Positions 49,244 through 60,421 of a stretch of DNA of 64,000 nt are shown here, piece by piece; position 1 is the first letter of the stretch, and every line of letters begins with the position of its first letter. Under the pieces are notes generated by a model. That model was given only the letters and a program-made list of their open reading frames with translations. It made no database searches and had not been told where the DNA came from. Both the position numbers and the translations under genes were made by a program. Source of the stretch: an uncultured Verrucomicrobiae bacterium (GTDB lineage Bacteria; Verrucomicrobiota; Verrucomicrobiia; Chthoniobacterales; UBA10450). The stretch spans positions 32,001-96,000 of the forward strand of contig CAWIBO010000005.1 in assembly GCA_963834385.1 (NCBI GenBank), given 5' to 3'.

Positions 49244-50266
49244 ATGACAACTCCCGTTCTACCTGACCCAGCGCCGCCTGCCAAGCCGAAAAAGCTTCTC
49301 GACCAGGTCCGCGATGTCCTCCGCCTGCATCATTACAGTCTGCGGACCGAGCGGAGTTACTGCGACTGGATTGAGCGGTTCATCCGGTTCCATGGAAAAC
49401 GGCACCCGGCGGAAATGGGGGAGGCCGAGATCACGGCTTTCCTGACGCATTTGGCCGCGGAGCGCAACGTCGCGGCCGCGACCCAAAACCAGGCCATGAG
49501 CGCCCTGCTGTTTCTCTACAAACAGGTGCTCAAAGCGGAGATCGGCTGGCTCGATGGCGTGGAGCGCGTCTCGCGGCCGCCCCGGCTCCCGGTGGTCTTG
49601 AGCAAGGAGGAGGTGGCGGCGCTTTTCCAGCATCTCACGGGCACGCCCCGGCTCATGGCCGGGTTGCTCTACGGAAGCGGGCTTCGCCTGATGGAATGCG
49701 TGCGATTGCGCGTTAAGGACATCGATTTTGCCTATGCCACGATCATGGTCCGCGACGGCAAAGGGAACAAGGACCGCGTCACGATGTTGCCGGTGAACCT
49801 GGCCCAGCCGCTGGAGCGGCACCTGGCCAAGGTCAAAGCGCAACATGCGGAGGACTTGGCGGAAGGTTTTGGCGAGGTGTATCTCCCGCATGCGTTGGCG
49901 GTCAAATATCCAACCGCCGCCCGCGAATGGTCGTGGCAGTACACGTTTCCGTCGTCGCGGCTTTCGCTCGATCCGCGGGCCGACGCGACCGGGGACGAGG
50001 GACCGGTGAAACGGCGGCGGCATCATCTGGCGGAAAGTTTATTGCAACAGGCGATCAAGAAAGCGGTGCGGGCGGCGGGGCTGACCAAGCCGGCGAGCTG
50101 TCACACCCTGCGGCATTCGTTTGCCACGCATCTGCTGGAGAACGGCTACGACATCCGGACGGTGCAGGAGTTGCTCGGGCACAAGGATGTGAGCACGACG
50201 ATGATTTACACGCACGTGCTCAACCGGCCGGGGATCGGGGTGAGGAGTCCGATGGATGGGCGATGA
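49244..50266 (+). CDS. intI: Integron integrase
   Basis: [26 protein letters not shown], IntI-specific insert [40 protein letters not shown]. Confidence 0.97.
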   Translation: MTTPVLPDPAPPAKPKKLLDQVRDVLRLHHYSLRTERSYCDWIERFIRFHGKRHPAEMGEAEITAFLTHLAAERNVAAATQNQAMSALLFLYKQVLKAEIGWLDGVERVSRPPRLPVVLSKEEVAALFQHLTGTPRLMAGLLYGSGLRLMECVRLRVKDIDFAYATIMVRDGKGNKDRVTMLPVNLAQPLERHLAKVKAQHAEDLAEGFGEVYLPHALAVKYPTAAREWSWQYTFPSSRLSLDPRADATGDEGPVKRRRHHLAESLLQQAIKKAVRAAGLTKPASCHTLRHSFATHLLENGYDIRTVQELLGHKDVSTTMIYTHVLNRPGIGVRSPMDGR

Positions 50267-50880
50267 GGTTAAGAATTAAGAGTTAAGAGTTAAGAGTTAA
50301 GAATTAAGAGTTAAGTTTCTGAATGGTTATTGGTTATCAGGGTTCAGTTCCTGAACGGTTATTGGTTATTGGTTATTCGTTATTGGGGGTCAGATCACGG
50401 ATCACTGATCACTGCTTGTTCTTCTCCTGCGTTCCTGGTTTCCTAAGAGGATCAGGATCAAGATCAAGAGCATGAGCAGGAGGGGATTGAGGGGCGCGAT
50501 CCTCCCATCCTCATTCTTTCCTGTTTTCCTGGATTCCTTTAATTCGTTCTTTCCTATTTCAGCTTGTCAGCGTTTCAGTGTTTCAGCTTTTGCCTGGAGG
50601 GGAGCGATTACGATTACGAGCACGAGTAGGAGCACGAGGGGGGCGGTTATCGGTTATCGTTATCGGGTCGATCGATCACGGATCACTGATCACTCTTGTC
50701 TGCCATCTCATCCCCTTCCTGCTTTCCTGGGTTCCTAAGAGGAGCAAGATCAAGATCAAGAGCAAGAGCAGGAGCAGTGAGGGCGGAAGGAGAGGGGAAG
50801 GGGAGCTATTCTCCATTCTCTATCCTCCATTCTCGTCTCAACCTGGTTTCCTAATTCATCTCCTCTCTTCTTCCTTCCTT
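50267..50880 (+). repeat. Modular short-tandem-repeat block 1
   Basis: (ttaagag)n, (ggttatt)n, (gatcacg/t)n, (gatcaa/gagcaa)n, ttcctg, ttcagc, (gattac/gagcac)n. Confidence 0.85.
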
Positions 50881-50927
50881 GGTGGCTGGGGAAAGGCGTA
50901 TGGACTGGGCGGAGGAGAACGCTGCTT

Positions 50928-51374
50928 ATGGAAATCGCCAGGAAGATCCGAGGAACGGAGAATTTGCACATCCTGCTTTGGATCGTGAAAGACACCTGCT
51001 GGGTGCAGGATTACCGGGTGGCGGGGGTGATCATGATCGTGCCCACGATCGGGGTGGCGCTTTTCCTGATGATGATGTCGCGGCCGCAACGGGAGGAGTT
51101 CATCCATAACGTGGCGATCTGTTTCTGGCTGTGCGCCAACAGCGTCTGGATGATCGGCGAGTTTTTTTACAATGATGGGACCCGCCCCTGGGCGATGTTT
51201 TTCTTTGGGCTCGGGCTGGTGACGCTGGCGGTGCATTACCTGCCGAAATGGGCGCGGTATTGGGGGCGGAGCGGTAGATTGGTTATTGGTTATTGGTTAT
51301 TGGTTATTGGGGTTCAGGGTTCGGGGTTCGGGGTTCGGGGTTCGGGGTTCGGGGTTCGGTTCCTGAACGGTTAG
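50928..51374 (+). CDS. Membrane hypothetical protein; C-terminus runs into heptamer repeats
   Basis: ENLHILLWIVKDTCW..NVAICFWLCANSVWMIGEF. Confidence 0.7.
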   Translation: MEIARKIRGTENLHILLWIVKDTCWVQDYRVAGVIMIVPTIGVALFLMMMSRPQREEFIHNVAICFWLCANSVWMIGEFFYNDGTRPWAMFFFGLGLVTLAVHYLPKWARYWGRSGRLVIGYWLLVIGVQGSGFGVRGSGFGVRFLNG

Positions 51375-51710
51375 TTGGTTATTCGGTTATTGGTTCGGAG
51401 TTCGGTAGGTCGGAGGTTCGGAGGTTCGGAGGTCGGAGGTCGGAAGTCGGAGGTCGGAAGTCGGAAGTCGGTCCACGTCACGATCACGGTTTGTTCTCCA
51501 TTTCAGTTTGTCAGCGGTAGCGTTTCAGTGTTTCGAGCTTTTCCCTGAGGGGAGGGGAGCGATTACGATTACGAGCACGAGTAGGAGCACGAGGGGGGCG
51601 GTTATCGGTTATCGGTTATCGGAGTTCTGATCACGGATCACTCTTGTCTGCCATCCTCATTCCCTTCCTGCTTTCCTGGTTTCCTAATTCAATTTCCCTC
51701 TTCTGATTTG
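51279..51710 (+). repeat. Modular short-tandem-repeat block 2
   Basis: (ggttatt)n, (ggggttc)n, (ggaggtc/ggaagtc)n, gatcacg, gattacgagcacgag. Confidence 0.85.
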
Positions 51711-51750
51711 TGAATTGTGCATTGGGGGTTCTGCTGAGAACATGCGCGCC

Positions 51751-52497
51751 ATGAAGCTGCAGGATCAGGTGGCGATTGTGACGGGAGCGGGCCGGGGAAT
51801 CGGGCATGCCATCGCGGTGCGCCTGGCGGAGGAAGGGGCGAAGATCGCCGCGGTCAGCCGGACGGAAGCGAACGCGCAAAAGACCGCGGCCGAGGTGAAC
51901 GCGGCGAGGGCGGATTCAGCGAAGGCTTACGCGGTGGACGTGGCCGATCACGCGGCGGTGCAAAAGGCCGGGGAACAGATTTTCGCCGACTTCGGCAAGG
52001 TGGATATTCTGATCAACAACGCCGGGATCACGCGGGACGGCCTGAGCATGCGGATGCCGGTGGAAGACTGGGACGCGGTCCTGGCGACGAACCTGAAAGG
52101 GGCGTTTAATTTCGTGCAGGCGATCCAGCGGCCGATGTTGAAGCAGCGGAGCGGGCGGATCGTGAACATCAGCTCGGTGATCGGGCTGATGGGGAACGCG
52201 GGCCAGACGAATTACGCGGCGAGCAAAGCCGGGCTGATCGGGTTTTCGAAGTCGCTCGCGCGCGAGGTGGCGAGCAGGGGGATCACGGTGAACGTGATCG
52301 CGCCCGGGTTTATTGTGACCGACATGACGGATGCGCTGCCGGAAGCGGTGCAGAAAGCGATTTTGGAGAAGGTGCCGCTGGGGCGGTTCGGGCAGGTGGC
52401 CGATATCGCGGAGGCGGTGGTGTTTCTGTGTTCACCGGCGGCGGGTTATATTACGGGGCAGACGCTGGCGGTGGATGGCGGGATGGTGATGAGGTGA
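51751..52497 (+). CDS. fabG: 3-oxoacyl-ACP reductase
   Basis: TGAGRGIG, NNAGITRD, GQTNYAASKAG, PGFIVTDMT. Confidence 0.93.
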   Translation: MKLQDQVAIVTGAGRGIGHAIAVRLAEEGAKIAAVSRTEANAQKTAAEVNAARADSAKAYAVDVADHAAVQKAGEQIFADFGKVDILINNAGITRDGLSMRMPVEDWDAVLATNLKGAFNFVQAIQRPMLKQRSGRIVNISSVIGLMGNAGQTNYAASKAGLIGFSKSLAREVASRGITVNVIAPGFIVTDMTDALPEAVQKAILEKVPLGRFGQVADIAEAVVFLCSPAAGYITGQTLAVDGGMVMR

Positions 52498-52499
52498 GC

Positions 52500-52750
52500 A
52501 GTTAAGAATTAAGAATTAAGAGTTAAGTTTCTGAACGGTTATTGGTTATTCGTTATCGGTTATTGGGTTCAGATCACGGATCACGGATCACTCCTGTCCG
52601 CCATCCTCACTTTTGGACGCGCGGAAGCGCGTCCCTCCGGGCTTCTGATTTCAGCTTGTCAGCTTTTCAACGTTTCAGCTTTTGCTCGGGAGGCGGGGGA
52701 CGATTACGAGCACGAGCACGAGCACGAGCACGAGGGGGAGCGCGAAGCGC
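52500..52750 (+). repeat. Modular short-tandem-repeat block 3
   Basis: (ttaagaa)n, ggttatt, (gatcacg)n, ttcagc, (gagcac)n. Confidence 0.85.
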
Positions 52751-52754
52751 GCGC

Positions 52755-53327
52755 TTAGAGGGGGATTTTTAGTTTTAGGGCGAGGTTCTCGGCTACGAGG
52801 GCTTCGAGCTCGGCGACGCGGGCGGTGAGGTTGTCCTGCAGGTCGAGGATGCGGGCACCGACTTTCAGGCGGGCTTGCAGTTCGTCCTTGTCGAAGGGCT
52901 TGACGAGGTAATCGTCGGCGCCGGCTTCGAACCCCTCGACGACGCGGCTTTTATCGGAGCGCGCGGTGACGAGCAAAATATAAACCGACCGGTTCACTTC
53001 GCGCACGCGCCGGCAGATTTCGGGTCCGTCGAGGCCCGGCATCATCCAGTCGAGCACGGCGAGGACGGGGCCGCTCTGGGCGCGCAACGCTTCCATGGCT
53101 TCGCGGCCGTCGTTGGTCAGAATGACGTCGTAACCCCAGCGGGTGAGGAGCCCGTTCATGATTTCGCGGGAAACGGGATCGTCGTCGGCGACAATGACGC
53201 GGCGCTGGGTGTCGCCGGTGGAATGGGCGGGTAACGAGGCGGGATCGGCGGCCTCAGACGGCGACGGGACGGCGGGCGTCGTTTCCCAGTTCGGCGAGAA
53301 CTCGATCAATCTGATATCTGAACTCAT
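52755..53327 (-). CDS. Response regulator (receiver domain; start may be downstream)
   Basis: IVADDD, LDWMMPGLDG, GADDYLVKPF. Confidence 0.9.
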   Translation of the reverse strand: MSSDIRLIEFSPNWETTPAVPSPSEAADPASLPAHSTGDTQRRVIVADDDPVSREIMNGLLTRWGYDVILTNDGREAMEALRAQSGPVLAVLDWMMPGLDGPEICRRVREVNRSVYILLVTARSDKSRVVEGFEAGADDYLVKPFDKDELQARLKVGARILDLQDNLTARVAELEALVAENLALKLKIPL

Positions 53328-55627
53328 GGAGGGTGGCAGGCGTTAATAGCTGGTTTTGCGCCATGCCTTCGATTTCCCGGGCGAGATCGGCCGCGGCGGT
53401 GGCGCCGACGTTGGCGAGAGAGCCGCGGAGGGAGTGAGCGGTCGCGGCTACGGCGGGGAAATCGCCGGCGCTAAGCTGGGTCTCGAGCGTGGCCAGGTGG
53501 GGCGGCGTGTTTTCGAGGAAAAGGCCGAGCACGCGCTGGAAGAGGTCTTCGTCGCCTTCTAGTCGCTGGCGGAGTTCGTCGGCGATCCCGGAAACAGAAT
53601 TGGGAGCTGTGGGAGGAGCGGGGAGCGGTTCCGGGATGGCCCCGGGCGACGACGCGCCGACCATGGTGCCGCGCATCACCCGGTCGAGCGCCTGTTTCAA
53701 TCGGCCGGTGGAGATCGGTTTGGGCACGAAATCGTCCATGCCGGCGGCGAGACAGCGTTCGCGGTCGTCGGCCCCGGCGTGAGCGGTCATGGCGATGATG
53801 GGGATGTGCCGGGCGCGGGTGCGTTCCCATTCGCGGATGCGGCCGGTGGCGGTGAGACCGTCCATGGCGGGCATTTGCACATCCATGAGGATGACGTCGA
53901 ACCGTTCGGTGGTGGCGAAGTGGACGGCCTCGAGTCCGTTCTGGGCGAAGGTGATGGTGTGGCCGGCCTGCTGGAGGATGCCGGCGGCGACGGCCTGGTT
54001 GACGAGATTGTCCTCGGCGACGAGGACGCGCAAAGCGACGGCGTGCGCCGGGGCGGTTGGGAGGGCGGCCAGGGTTTCGGCCAGGGCGGGAAGGCTCGGC
54101 CGCCGGGGCGGCGATGGTGAAATGGAAGGTGCAGCCCTGGCCGGGAACGCTCTCGAGCCAGATCCGCCCGCCCATGAGGTCGGTGAGGGAAGAGCAGATG
54201 GCGAGGCCGAGGCCGGTGCCGCCGAACTGCCGGGTGACGGAGCTGTCGGCCTGGGCGAACGACTCGAAGATGAGAGCTTGTTTTTCCGGGGGGACGCCGC
54301 TGCCGGTGTCACTGATGGCGAAATGGAGGCCGGCGCGCTGGTCGGGGAGTTGGGCGGGCTCGATGGTGAGGGTGACGCCGCCGGAGGCGGTGAACTTAAT
54401 GGCGTTATCGACCAGGTTGATGAGGACCTGGCGCAGCCGGAGTGAATCGCCCGCGATCGCGCGGGGCACTGCGGGGTCGATGGCTTCGCGCAGGAAAAGG
54501 CCTTTGGTGGTGGCCCGGGTGCGCAGGGGGCGGAGTGTTTTCTCGACGTGATCAAAGAGGTCGAAGGGCCGGCTCTCGAGGCTGAGCTTGCCCGCCTCGA
54601 TCTTGGCGAAATCGAGCAGGTCGTTGATCAGGACGAGGAGCGAGTCGGCGGAATGTTTGACCATGTCGAGGTAATCGCGCTGGCTGCTGTTGAGCTCGGT
54701 CTCGAGGGCGAGCTCGGTCAGGCCGATGATGCCGTTGAGCGGGGTGCGAATTTCGTGGCTGATGTTGGCGAGGAAATCGCTTTTGGCCTCGTTGGATTTC
54801 TCGGCGGCGGCCCGGGCCCGGATCAATTCCTCGCGGCGCCGGGCGAGGAGGACGCTGGCATGATGGCAGGCGCGGCCGAGCCGGCCCACTTCGTCGCGTC
54901 CGACCGGGACGTGGGAGAGCGGTTCCTCGCGTTGCAGCGCCTCGGTGTCGTCGACGATGCGGTCGAGGCGGCGGGCGATGCCGCGAGTGAAGAAGAGGAC
55001 GGAGAGAAGGCCGGCGCAAAGGCCGAAGACGCCGGTGCTGACGACGGCGTAGGAGGTGAATTCCTCGACGGCGGCGGCGCGTTCCTGGCGTTGCCGCAGG
55101 AGGCCGTCCTCGACGGCGAGGAGCTGCTGGAAAGCGGCGCGGAGGTTCAACATCGTCTGGCGCCCGCGTTGCAGGGTTTGGAGGAGGGAGGCGTCGCGAC
55201 CGGCCTGATTGAACTTGAGAATGGCCTCGTCCTCCAGGCGGAGGCGTTCGCGCACGAGCGGACGGATGGTTTCCAGAAGGTGCTGCCCCTGAGAAGGGTT
55301 CTCGATGGTCAAGACCTGCAAACGGTCGAGCGCGGCCGGGAGTTCGCGAACGGCGGCGTCGTGCTCGGAGAGGAAGGCGGGCTGGCCGGTGAGAACGAAG
55401 CCGCGCATGCCCGTCTCGCTATCGACCGCGAGGGTGAGGACGCGCTGGGCCTGTTCCTTGACCTCGAAGCTATGCGCGACCCATTTCTCGGCGTCGTCGT
55501 TCTTGGTGATGGCGACGAAGAAGAGGAAAGCGGCGAGGACGGAGGCGAGGACGGGGACGGCCAGGACCAAAAGGCCCTTGGTGCGCAACGAATAATCGCG
55601 CCAGCGAAGGTGGAGAAGCTGTTTCAA
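53254..55627 (-). CDS. Hybrid sensor kinase CHASE3-HisKA-HATPase-REC-HPt (frameshift near 54100)
   Basis: [65 protein letters not shown] in second frame. Confidence 0.9.
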
Positions 55628-55689
55628 GGGGAGAGGGTGGAACGCCTCTAGAGCAGCTTGCGTGCGCGGGGAGGGTGGGGGTGGGGAGG

Positions 55690-56215
55690 GGGAAGGAGCG
55701 TGGATGGGCGTTAAGAATTAAGAATTAAGAATTAAGGATTCAGGGTTCAGGGTTAAGGGTTAGGGTTCAGGGTTCGGTTATTGACGGTTATTGGGTTCAG
55801 GGTTCAGGGGTCCTGAAGGTCGGATTGGAGTCGGGGTCGGGGGTCGGAGGTCACGGATCATCGGATCACTGATCACGGCTTGTTCTTCTCCTGCTTTCCT
55901 GGGTTCCTAATTCAATTTTCTTCTTCCTGATTTCAGTTTGTCAGCGTTTCAGCTTTTTCGGACCAAGCGGGGAGCGATTACGATTACGAGCACGAGTATG
56001 AGCACGAGGGGGGCGGTTATCGGTTATCTCGGGTCAGATCACGGATCGCCGATCACTGCCATCCTCTTTCCTTCCTGTTTTCCTAAGAGGATCAAGATCA
56101 AGATTAAGAGCATGAGCAGGAGGGGGAGGGGGAGGGAGCGATCCTCCATTCTCTACCATCCATCCTCTTTTCCTGCCTGCCTTCCTGGTTTCCTAATTCA
56201 ATCCTTTTCCTGATT
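55690..56215 (+). repeat. Modular short-tandem-repeat block 4
   Basis: (ttaagaa)n, (agggttc)n, gatcact, gattacgagcacgag, gatcaa. Confidence 0.85.
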
Positions 56216-56269
56216 TCGTTTTTTCGGGAGGGTTGCGTTCCGGGTGGGGACGCCGAAAGTTTCGGCCGC

Positions 56270-56728
56270 ATGCTGCGGCTTTTTAGATATTCCCTGGTTA
56301 TCCTGGTGCTGGCGGCGCTTGGCTTTGTCGGGGAACCGGCGCAGGCCGATCCGGTGGGCAATTTTTTCAAGCGGCTGGGCGACAGCATCGTGAACGGACC
56401 GAAACGGCAGGCGGCCCGCCGCGCGACCCGGCAGCGCCAGGCCCGGCAGACGGCACGGAAGGATGACGCCGGGACCGAGACGGCCGTGGCGTCGCCGTCA
56501 CCCGGGCCGCAGGCTTTGATGACCCCGGAGCCGATCCGGCGGGCTTTGCCGGCGCCCGAGATGCGCGGGACAAATGCCGATCTGCGCTACGGCGTGCCCG
56601 TCCCGGACCAGCCGGGCTTTGTCCGGAGCCCATGGGCGCCGACGGAAGGGCTGGTCGATGTGCGCGGTTTTCCCAGCGGCACCGAGGTCAAAGACCCTTA
56701 CACCGGGAAGTTTTTCCTCACCCCTTAG
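56270..56728 (+). CDS. Secreted hypothetical protein
   Basis: Signal peptide; C-terminal PVPDQPGFVRSPW..VDVRGFPSGTEVKDPYTGKFF domain. Confidence 0.7.
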   Translation: MLRLFRYSLVILVLAALGFVGEPAQADPVGNFFKRLGDSIVNGPKRQAARRATRQRQARQTARKDDAGTETAVASPSPGPQALMTPEPIRRALPAPEMRGTNADLRYGVPVPDQPGFVRSPWAPTEGLVDVRGFPSGTEVKDPYTGKFFLTP

Positions 56729-56793
56729 CGGGCGCCCCGTCCACAAAGCGCGGGGTTTTTCTTGCCAATATCCGGGAAAAAAGCCACCCTCGC

Positions 56794-58324
56794 GTGGTGC
56801 GCTTTTCCCCCTTAAAGCGAGTCGTTCCCGCCGTTGCCATTTTCCTGGCCGCGGGAATGGTCGCCGCCGCCCCGGGGCCGAAGGTCGGTTTTGACCGCGC
56901 TTTCGGCCAGAAGTTCAAGGCCCAGAAATCCGCCAAGGCGAAGAGTCATTTTGAGCGGGACCCGGTGCGCCGGTGGAACGCGATCGCGCTCGATGCCACC
57001 GCGCTCGATCATACGCCGCCGGAACCGGGCGACACGCACACCTTTGGCGAGCAGCTCGGGCCGGGCCGGGCCAGCCGGGCGATGGCCATCGTCCATATCG
57101 CGATGTGCGATGCGCTGACGGCGTTGACCCGTCGCTACGAGAGTTTTACCGGGGTGCAGGCCGGGAAAGGCGCGCATTCCTACGAGGCGGCGATTGCGCA
57201 GGCGGCGCGGGACACGCTGGTGGCGCTTTATCCGTCGCAGCAGGCCACTTTTGACCAGGCGCTGGCGGCTGAGCTGGCGGGCGTCTCGAGCAAAAAGGCG
57301 CGCGCCAACGGCGCCGATCTTGGTCGCCGGGTGGCGGCGACGCTCCTCGCCACGCGCGAGGCGGACGGCTCCGAGGTGGCAGAGGTCAGCATCGGCATTG
57401 ATTATTTCACCGACGATGCGGCGGGTCGCTGGCGGCAGGACCCGGTGAGCCTGATCCCGGTGGCGCTGGGCGCCGGGTGGGGCAAATGCCTCCCGTTTGT
57501 GCTGGAGAAAGCGGATCATTTCCGGGTGCCGCCCCCGCCGGCGATGGAGAGCGCGGAGTACGCGGCGGCTTATGAGGAGGCGAAATCGCTCGGGGGCGAC
57601 GGGATCATCACGCCGACCGTGCGCACGCCCGAGCAGACGTTTATCGGGATTTTCTGGGCTTACGATGGAACGCCGAGCCTGTGTGCGCCGCCCCGGCTTT
57701 ACAACCTGGTGGCGTTGCAGATCGCGCAGCAGACCCGGCTTGATACCCACAGCCTGGCTCGGTTGCTGGCGCTGGTGAACGTGGCCATGGCCGATGCCGG
57801 CATGGCGGCGTGGGATTCAAAATATCATTGGGATTTCTGGCGCCCGGTGATTGGCATCCGCGAAGCGGAAGTTGGGCACCGGCCCGAGCGGGACCGGCGA
57901 TGGGAACGCGGCCACGGTGGGCGACCCGACCTTCATGCCGCTGGGCGCGCCCGCGAGCAATTTGCACGGCCCGAATTTCACCCCGCCCTTCCCGGCGTAC
58001 CCGTCGGGGCACGCCGCTTTTGGCGGGGCGTTGTTCCAGACGCTGCGGCGGTTTTACGGGACCGACAATATCGGGTTCACCTTTGTTTCCGATGAGTTCA
58101 ACGGCGAGACGGCGGGGAACGACGGGGTGCTCCGGCCCTATGCGCCGCGGAGTTTCTCCACCCTTTCCCAGGCGGAAGAAGAGAACGGGCAGAGTCGGAT
58201 TTATCTCGGGATCCACTGGTCGTTCGACAAGACCGCGGGGATCGAGCAGGGGCGACAGGTCGCGAACTACGTTTACGATCGCGCTTTTCGGCCGTTACGC
58301 GGGCGGGAGAAGAAGAAGCGGTAG
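56794..58324 (+). CDS. Vanadium-dependent haloperoxidase / PAP2 family (frameshift near 57870)
   Basis: WDSKYHWDFWRP, PPFPAYPSGHA, SRIYLGIHW. Confidence 0.85.
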
Positions 58325-58684
58325 AGCTGGAGCTTGGAGCTTGGAGCTGGGAGTTGGGGAAAGCTGGGGAAAAGCTGACACGCTGAAAGGGATTCGGGGT
58401 TCGGGGTTCAGGGTTCAGATCACTGATCACGGCTTGTTCTCCTTCCTGCCTGCCTGGCTTCCTGAGAGGAGCAGGATCAAGAGGAGAGCGGGATCGGTAT
58501 CGGTGAGCGTGTGGACGTTAGATCCTCCATCCTCATTCCCTTCCTGTTTTCCTGGTTTCCTAATTCGTTCTTCTTCCTGTTTCAGCTTGTCAGCTTTTCA
58601 GTGTTTCAGCTTTTTCGGCTGGATGGGGAGCGATTACGAGCACGAGCACGATTATGATTACGAGTAGGAGTAAGAGGGGAAGCG
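58323..58684 (+). repeat. Modular short-tandem-repeat block 5
   Basis: (ggagctt)n, ggggttc, gatcact, ttcctg, ttcagc, gattacgagcacgag. Confidence 0.85.
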
Positions 58685-58963
58685 TTAAGAGACGGTGACG
58701 CCTTTCCAGAAGGCGACGCGGTCTTTGATCTCGGCGGCGGCTTCTTTTGGTGAAGGATAGTACCAGGCTGCATTCTCGTTTGTCTGGCCGGCCACGGTGA
58801 TGTTGTAGTAATGCGCTTCTCCTTTCCACGGGCAGGAAGTGCGGTGGGAGCTGGCCGAGAAATGCTCTTTCTTCAGGGAGTCGGCGGGGAAGTAGTGGTT
58901 GCCCTCGACGACGACGGTGTCGTCGCTCTCGGCGAGGGTGGTGTTTTGCCAGGATGCGTTCAT
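58685..58963 (-). CDS. DUF427 family protein
   Basis: VEGNHYFP, CPWKGEAHYY, AAWYYP. Confidence 0.9.
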   Translation of the reverse strand: MNASWQNTTLAESDDTVVVEGNHYFPADSLKKEHFSASSHRTSCPWKGEAHYYNITVAGQTNENAAWYYPSPKEAAAEIKDRVAFWKGVTVS

Positions 58964-58964
58964 G

Positions 58965-59395
58965 GGGTGGTTATTGGGGTTGGGGAAAGCTGAAGCTGAA
59001 ATTGGAATGGATTCAGGGTTCGGGTTCAGGGTTCAGGGTTCAGGTTCAGTCACGGATCACGGATCACGATTACGGCTTGGCCTTCTCCGCTTTTGGGTTC
59101 CTGAGAGGAGCAAGAGCAAGATCAGGAGCAAGAGCAGGAGGGGAAAGGGAGGCGTGAATCGTGAATCGTGAATGGTGGGGAGAGAGCGATTCTATCCTCT
59201 ACCTTCAATTTTCGTCTTTCCTGTCTCCTGGTTTCCTAATTCATCCCTTCTTCCTGATTTCAGTTTGTCAGCGTTTTAGCTTTTCCTTGGAGGGGGACGA
59301 GCACGATTAGTATGATTACGAGCACGAGTATGAGCACGAGTAGGAGAAGAGGGAGGCGATCCTCTACTCTCCATCCTCCATCCTCATTCCCCCCC
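58965..59395 (+). repeat. Modular short-tandem-repeat block 6
   Basis: (agggttc)n, (gatcacg)n, (gagcaa)n, (gtgaatc)n, gattacgagcacgag, (catcctc)n. Confidence 0.85.
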
Positions 59396-60323
59396 CCCGG
59401 GAGCACTCGGCGGGAGGGGCGACCGGGGGTTTGCGCTGGAGGGAGATGACGAGGGCGACGGAACCGATGATGAGCGCGGCGGCGAGGCCGGTGCGGGGAC
59501 TGAGGGTTTCACCGGCGAAAAAGGCGCCGAGCGCGATGGCGACGACGGGGTTGACGTAGGCGTAGGTCGCGACGGCGGAGGGTTCGCAATGGCGCAGCAG
59601 CCAGATGTAGGCGGTGAACCCGACGAGCGAGCCGATGACGACAAGATAAACGTAGGCGCCGAATGAGAGCAGGCTTACCGACGCGAGATCGACGCGCGCG
59701 GCTTCGCCGGTGACGAGGCTGGCCAGGACGAGGAGCGCGCCGCCGCAGAGCATTTGCTGGCCGGCCGCGAGGAAAGGGGAGGGCGGGTTGGAAGCGGTGC
59801 GGGAATAGATCGAGCCGGCCGACCAGAGAAAGGAGGAAAAGAGAAGAAGGATCAGTCCGAGGTTCTGCTGGGGGCCGCCGGTGCCGCGCAAAGCCGGGGC
59901 GACGAGGACGAAGACCCCGGCGAAGCCGCCGGCGAGACCGAGCCAGACGATCGGGCGCGGACGCGGGGCGGTGCGCGAGAGCCAGCCGAGCAGGGTCATG
60001 TGGATGGGCACGGTGGCGACCATGACCGAGGCCAGGCCCGAGGCGATGAATTGCTGGGAGAAAGTGACGCCGCCGTTGCCGCAAAAGATCAGACAGGCGC
60101 CGACGATGAAGGAGGCGCGCCAGGTGGCGGGGGCGGGGCGGGGTTCCCCGCGCAGCCGGGCCACGGAGTAGATGATGAGGCCGGCGAGGAAAAAACGGGA
60201 GCCCGCCATGAGAAAGGGCGGGATCGTCTCGATGGCGAAACGGATGCCGAGGTAGGTGGAGCCCCAGATGAGATAAAGGGCGGCGAAAGCCAGGACAATG
60301 GCGGCGCGGCCGGGGCGGGGCAT
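59364..60323 (-). CDS. EamA/DMT family transporter (YedA-like)
   Basis: YLIWGSTYLGI, YAYVNPVVA. Confidence 0.9.
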   Translation of the reverse strand: MPRPGRAAIVLAFAALYLIWGSTYLGIRFAIETIPPFLMAGSRFFLAGLIIYSVARLRGEPRPAPATWRASFIVGACLIFCGNGGVTFSQQFIASGLASVMVATVPIHMTLLGWLSRTAPRPRPIVWLGLAGGFAGVFVLVAPALRGTGGPQQNLGLILLLFSSFLWSAGSIYSRTASNPPSPFLAAGQQMLCGGALLVLASLVTGEAARVDLASVSLLSFGAYVYLVVIGSLVGFTAYIWLLRHCEPSAVATYAYVNPVVAIALGAFFAGETLSPRTGLAAALIIGSVALVISLQRKPPVAPPAECSRGGGMRMEDGE

Positions 60324-60421
60324 GGCCTAGTGGCGCATCACCCGCGCGGGAATGCAAATGACCGGCGCCGGCCGGAGAAGAAAACGATGACAAGCGCAGG
60401 CGACTTTTGTTAAAAGGCCGG

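Larger units (their letters stand above)
31788..50266. mobile_element. Chromosomal integron: intI + attI + about 28-29 gene cassettes on the minus strand
   Basis: IntI divergent from a co-oriented array of short ORFs each followed by an RYYYAAC...GTTRRRY palindromic attC. Confidence 0.96.
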
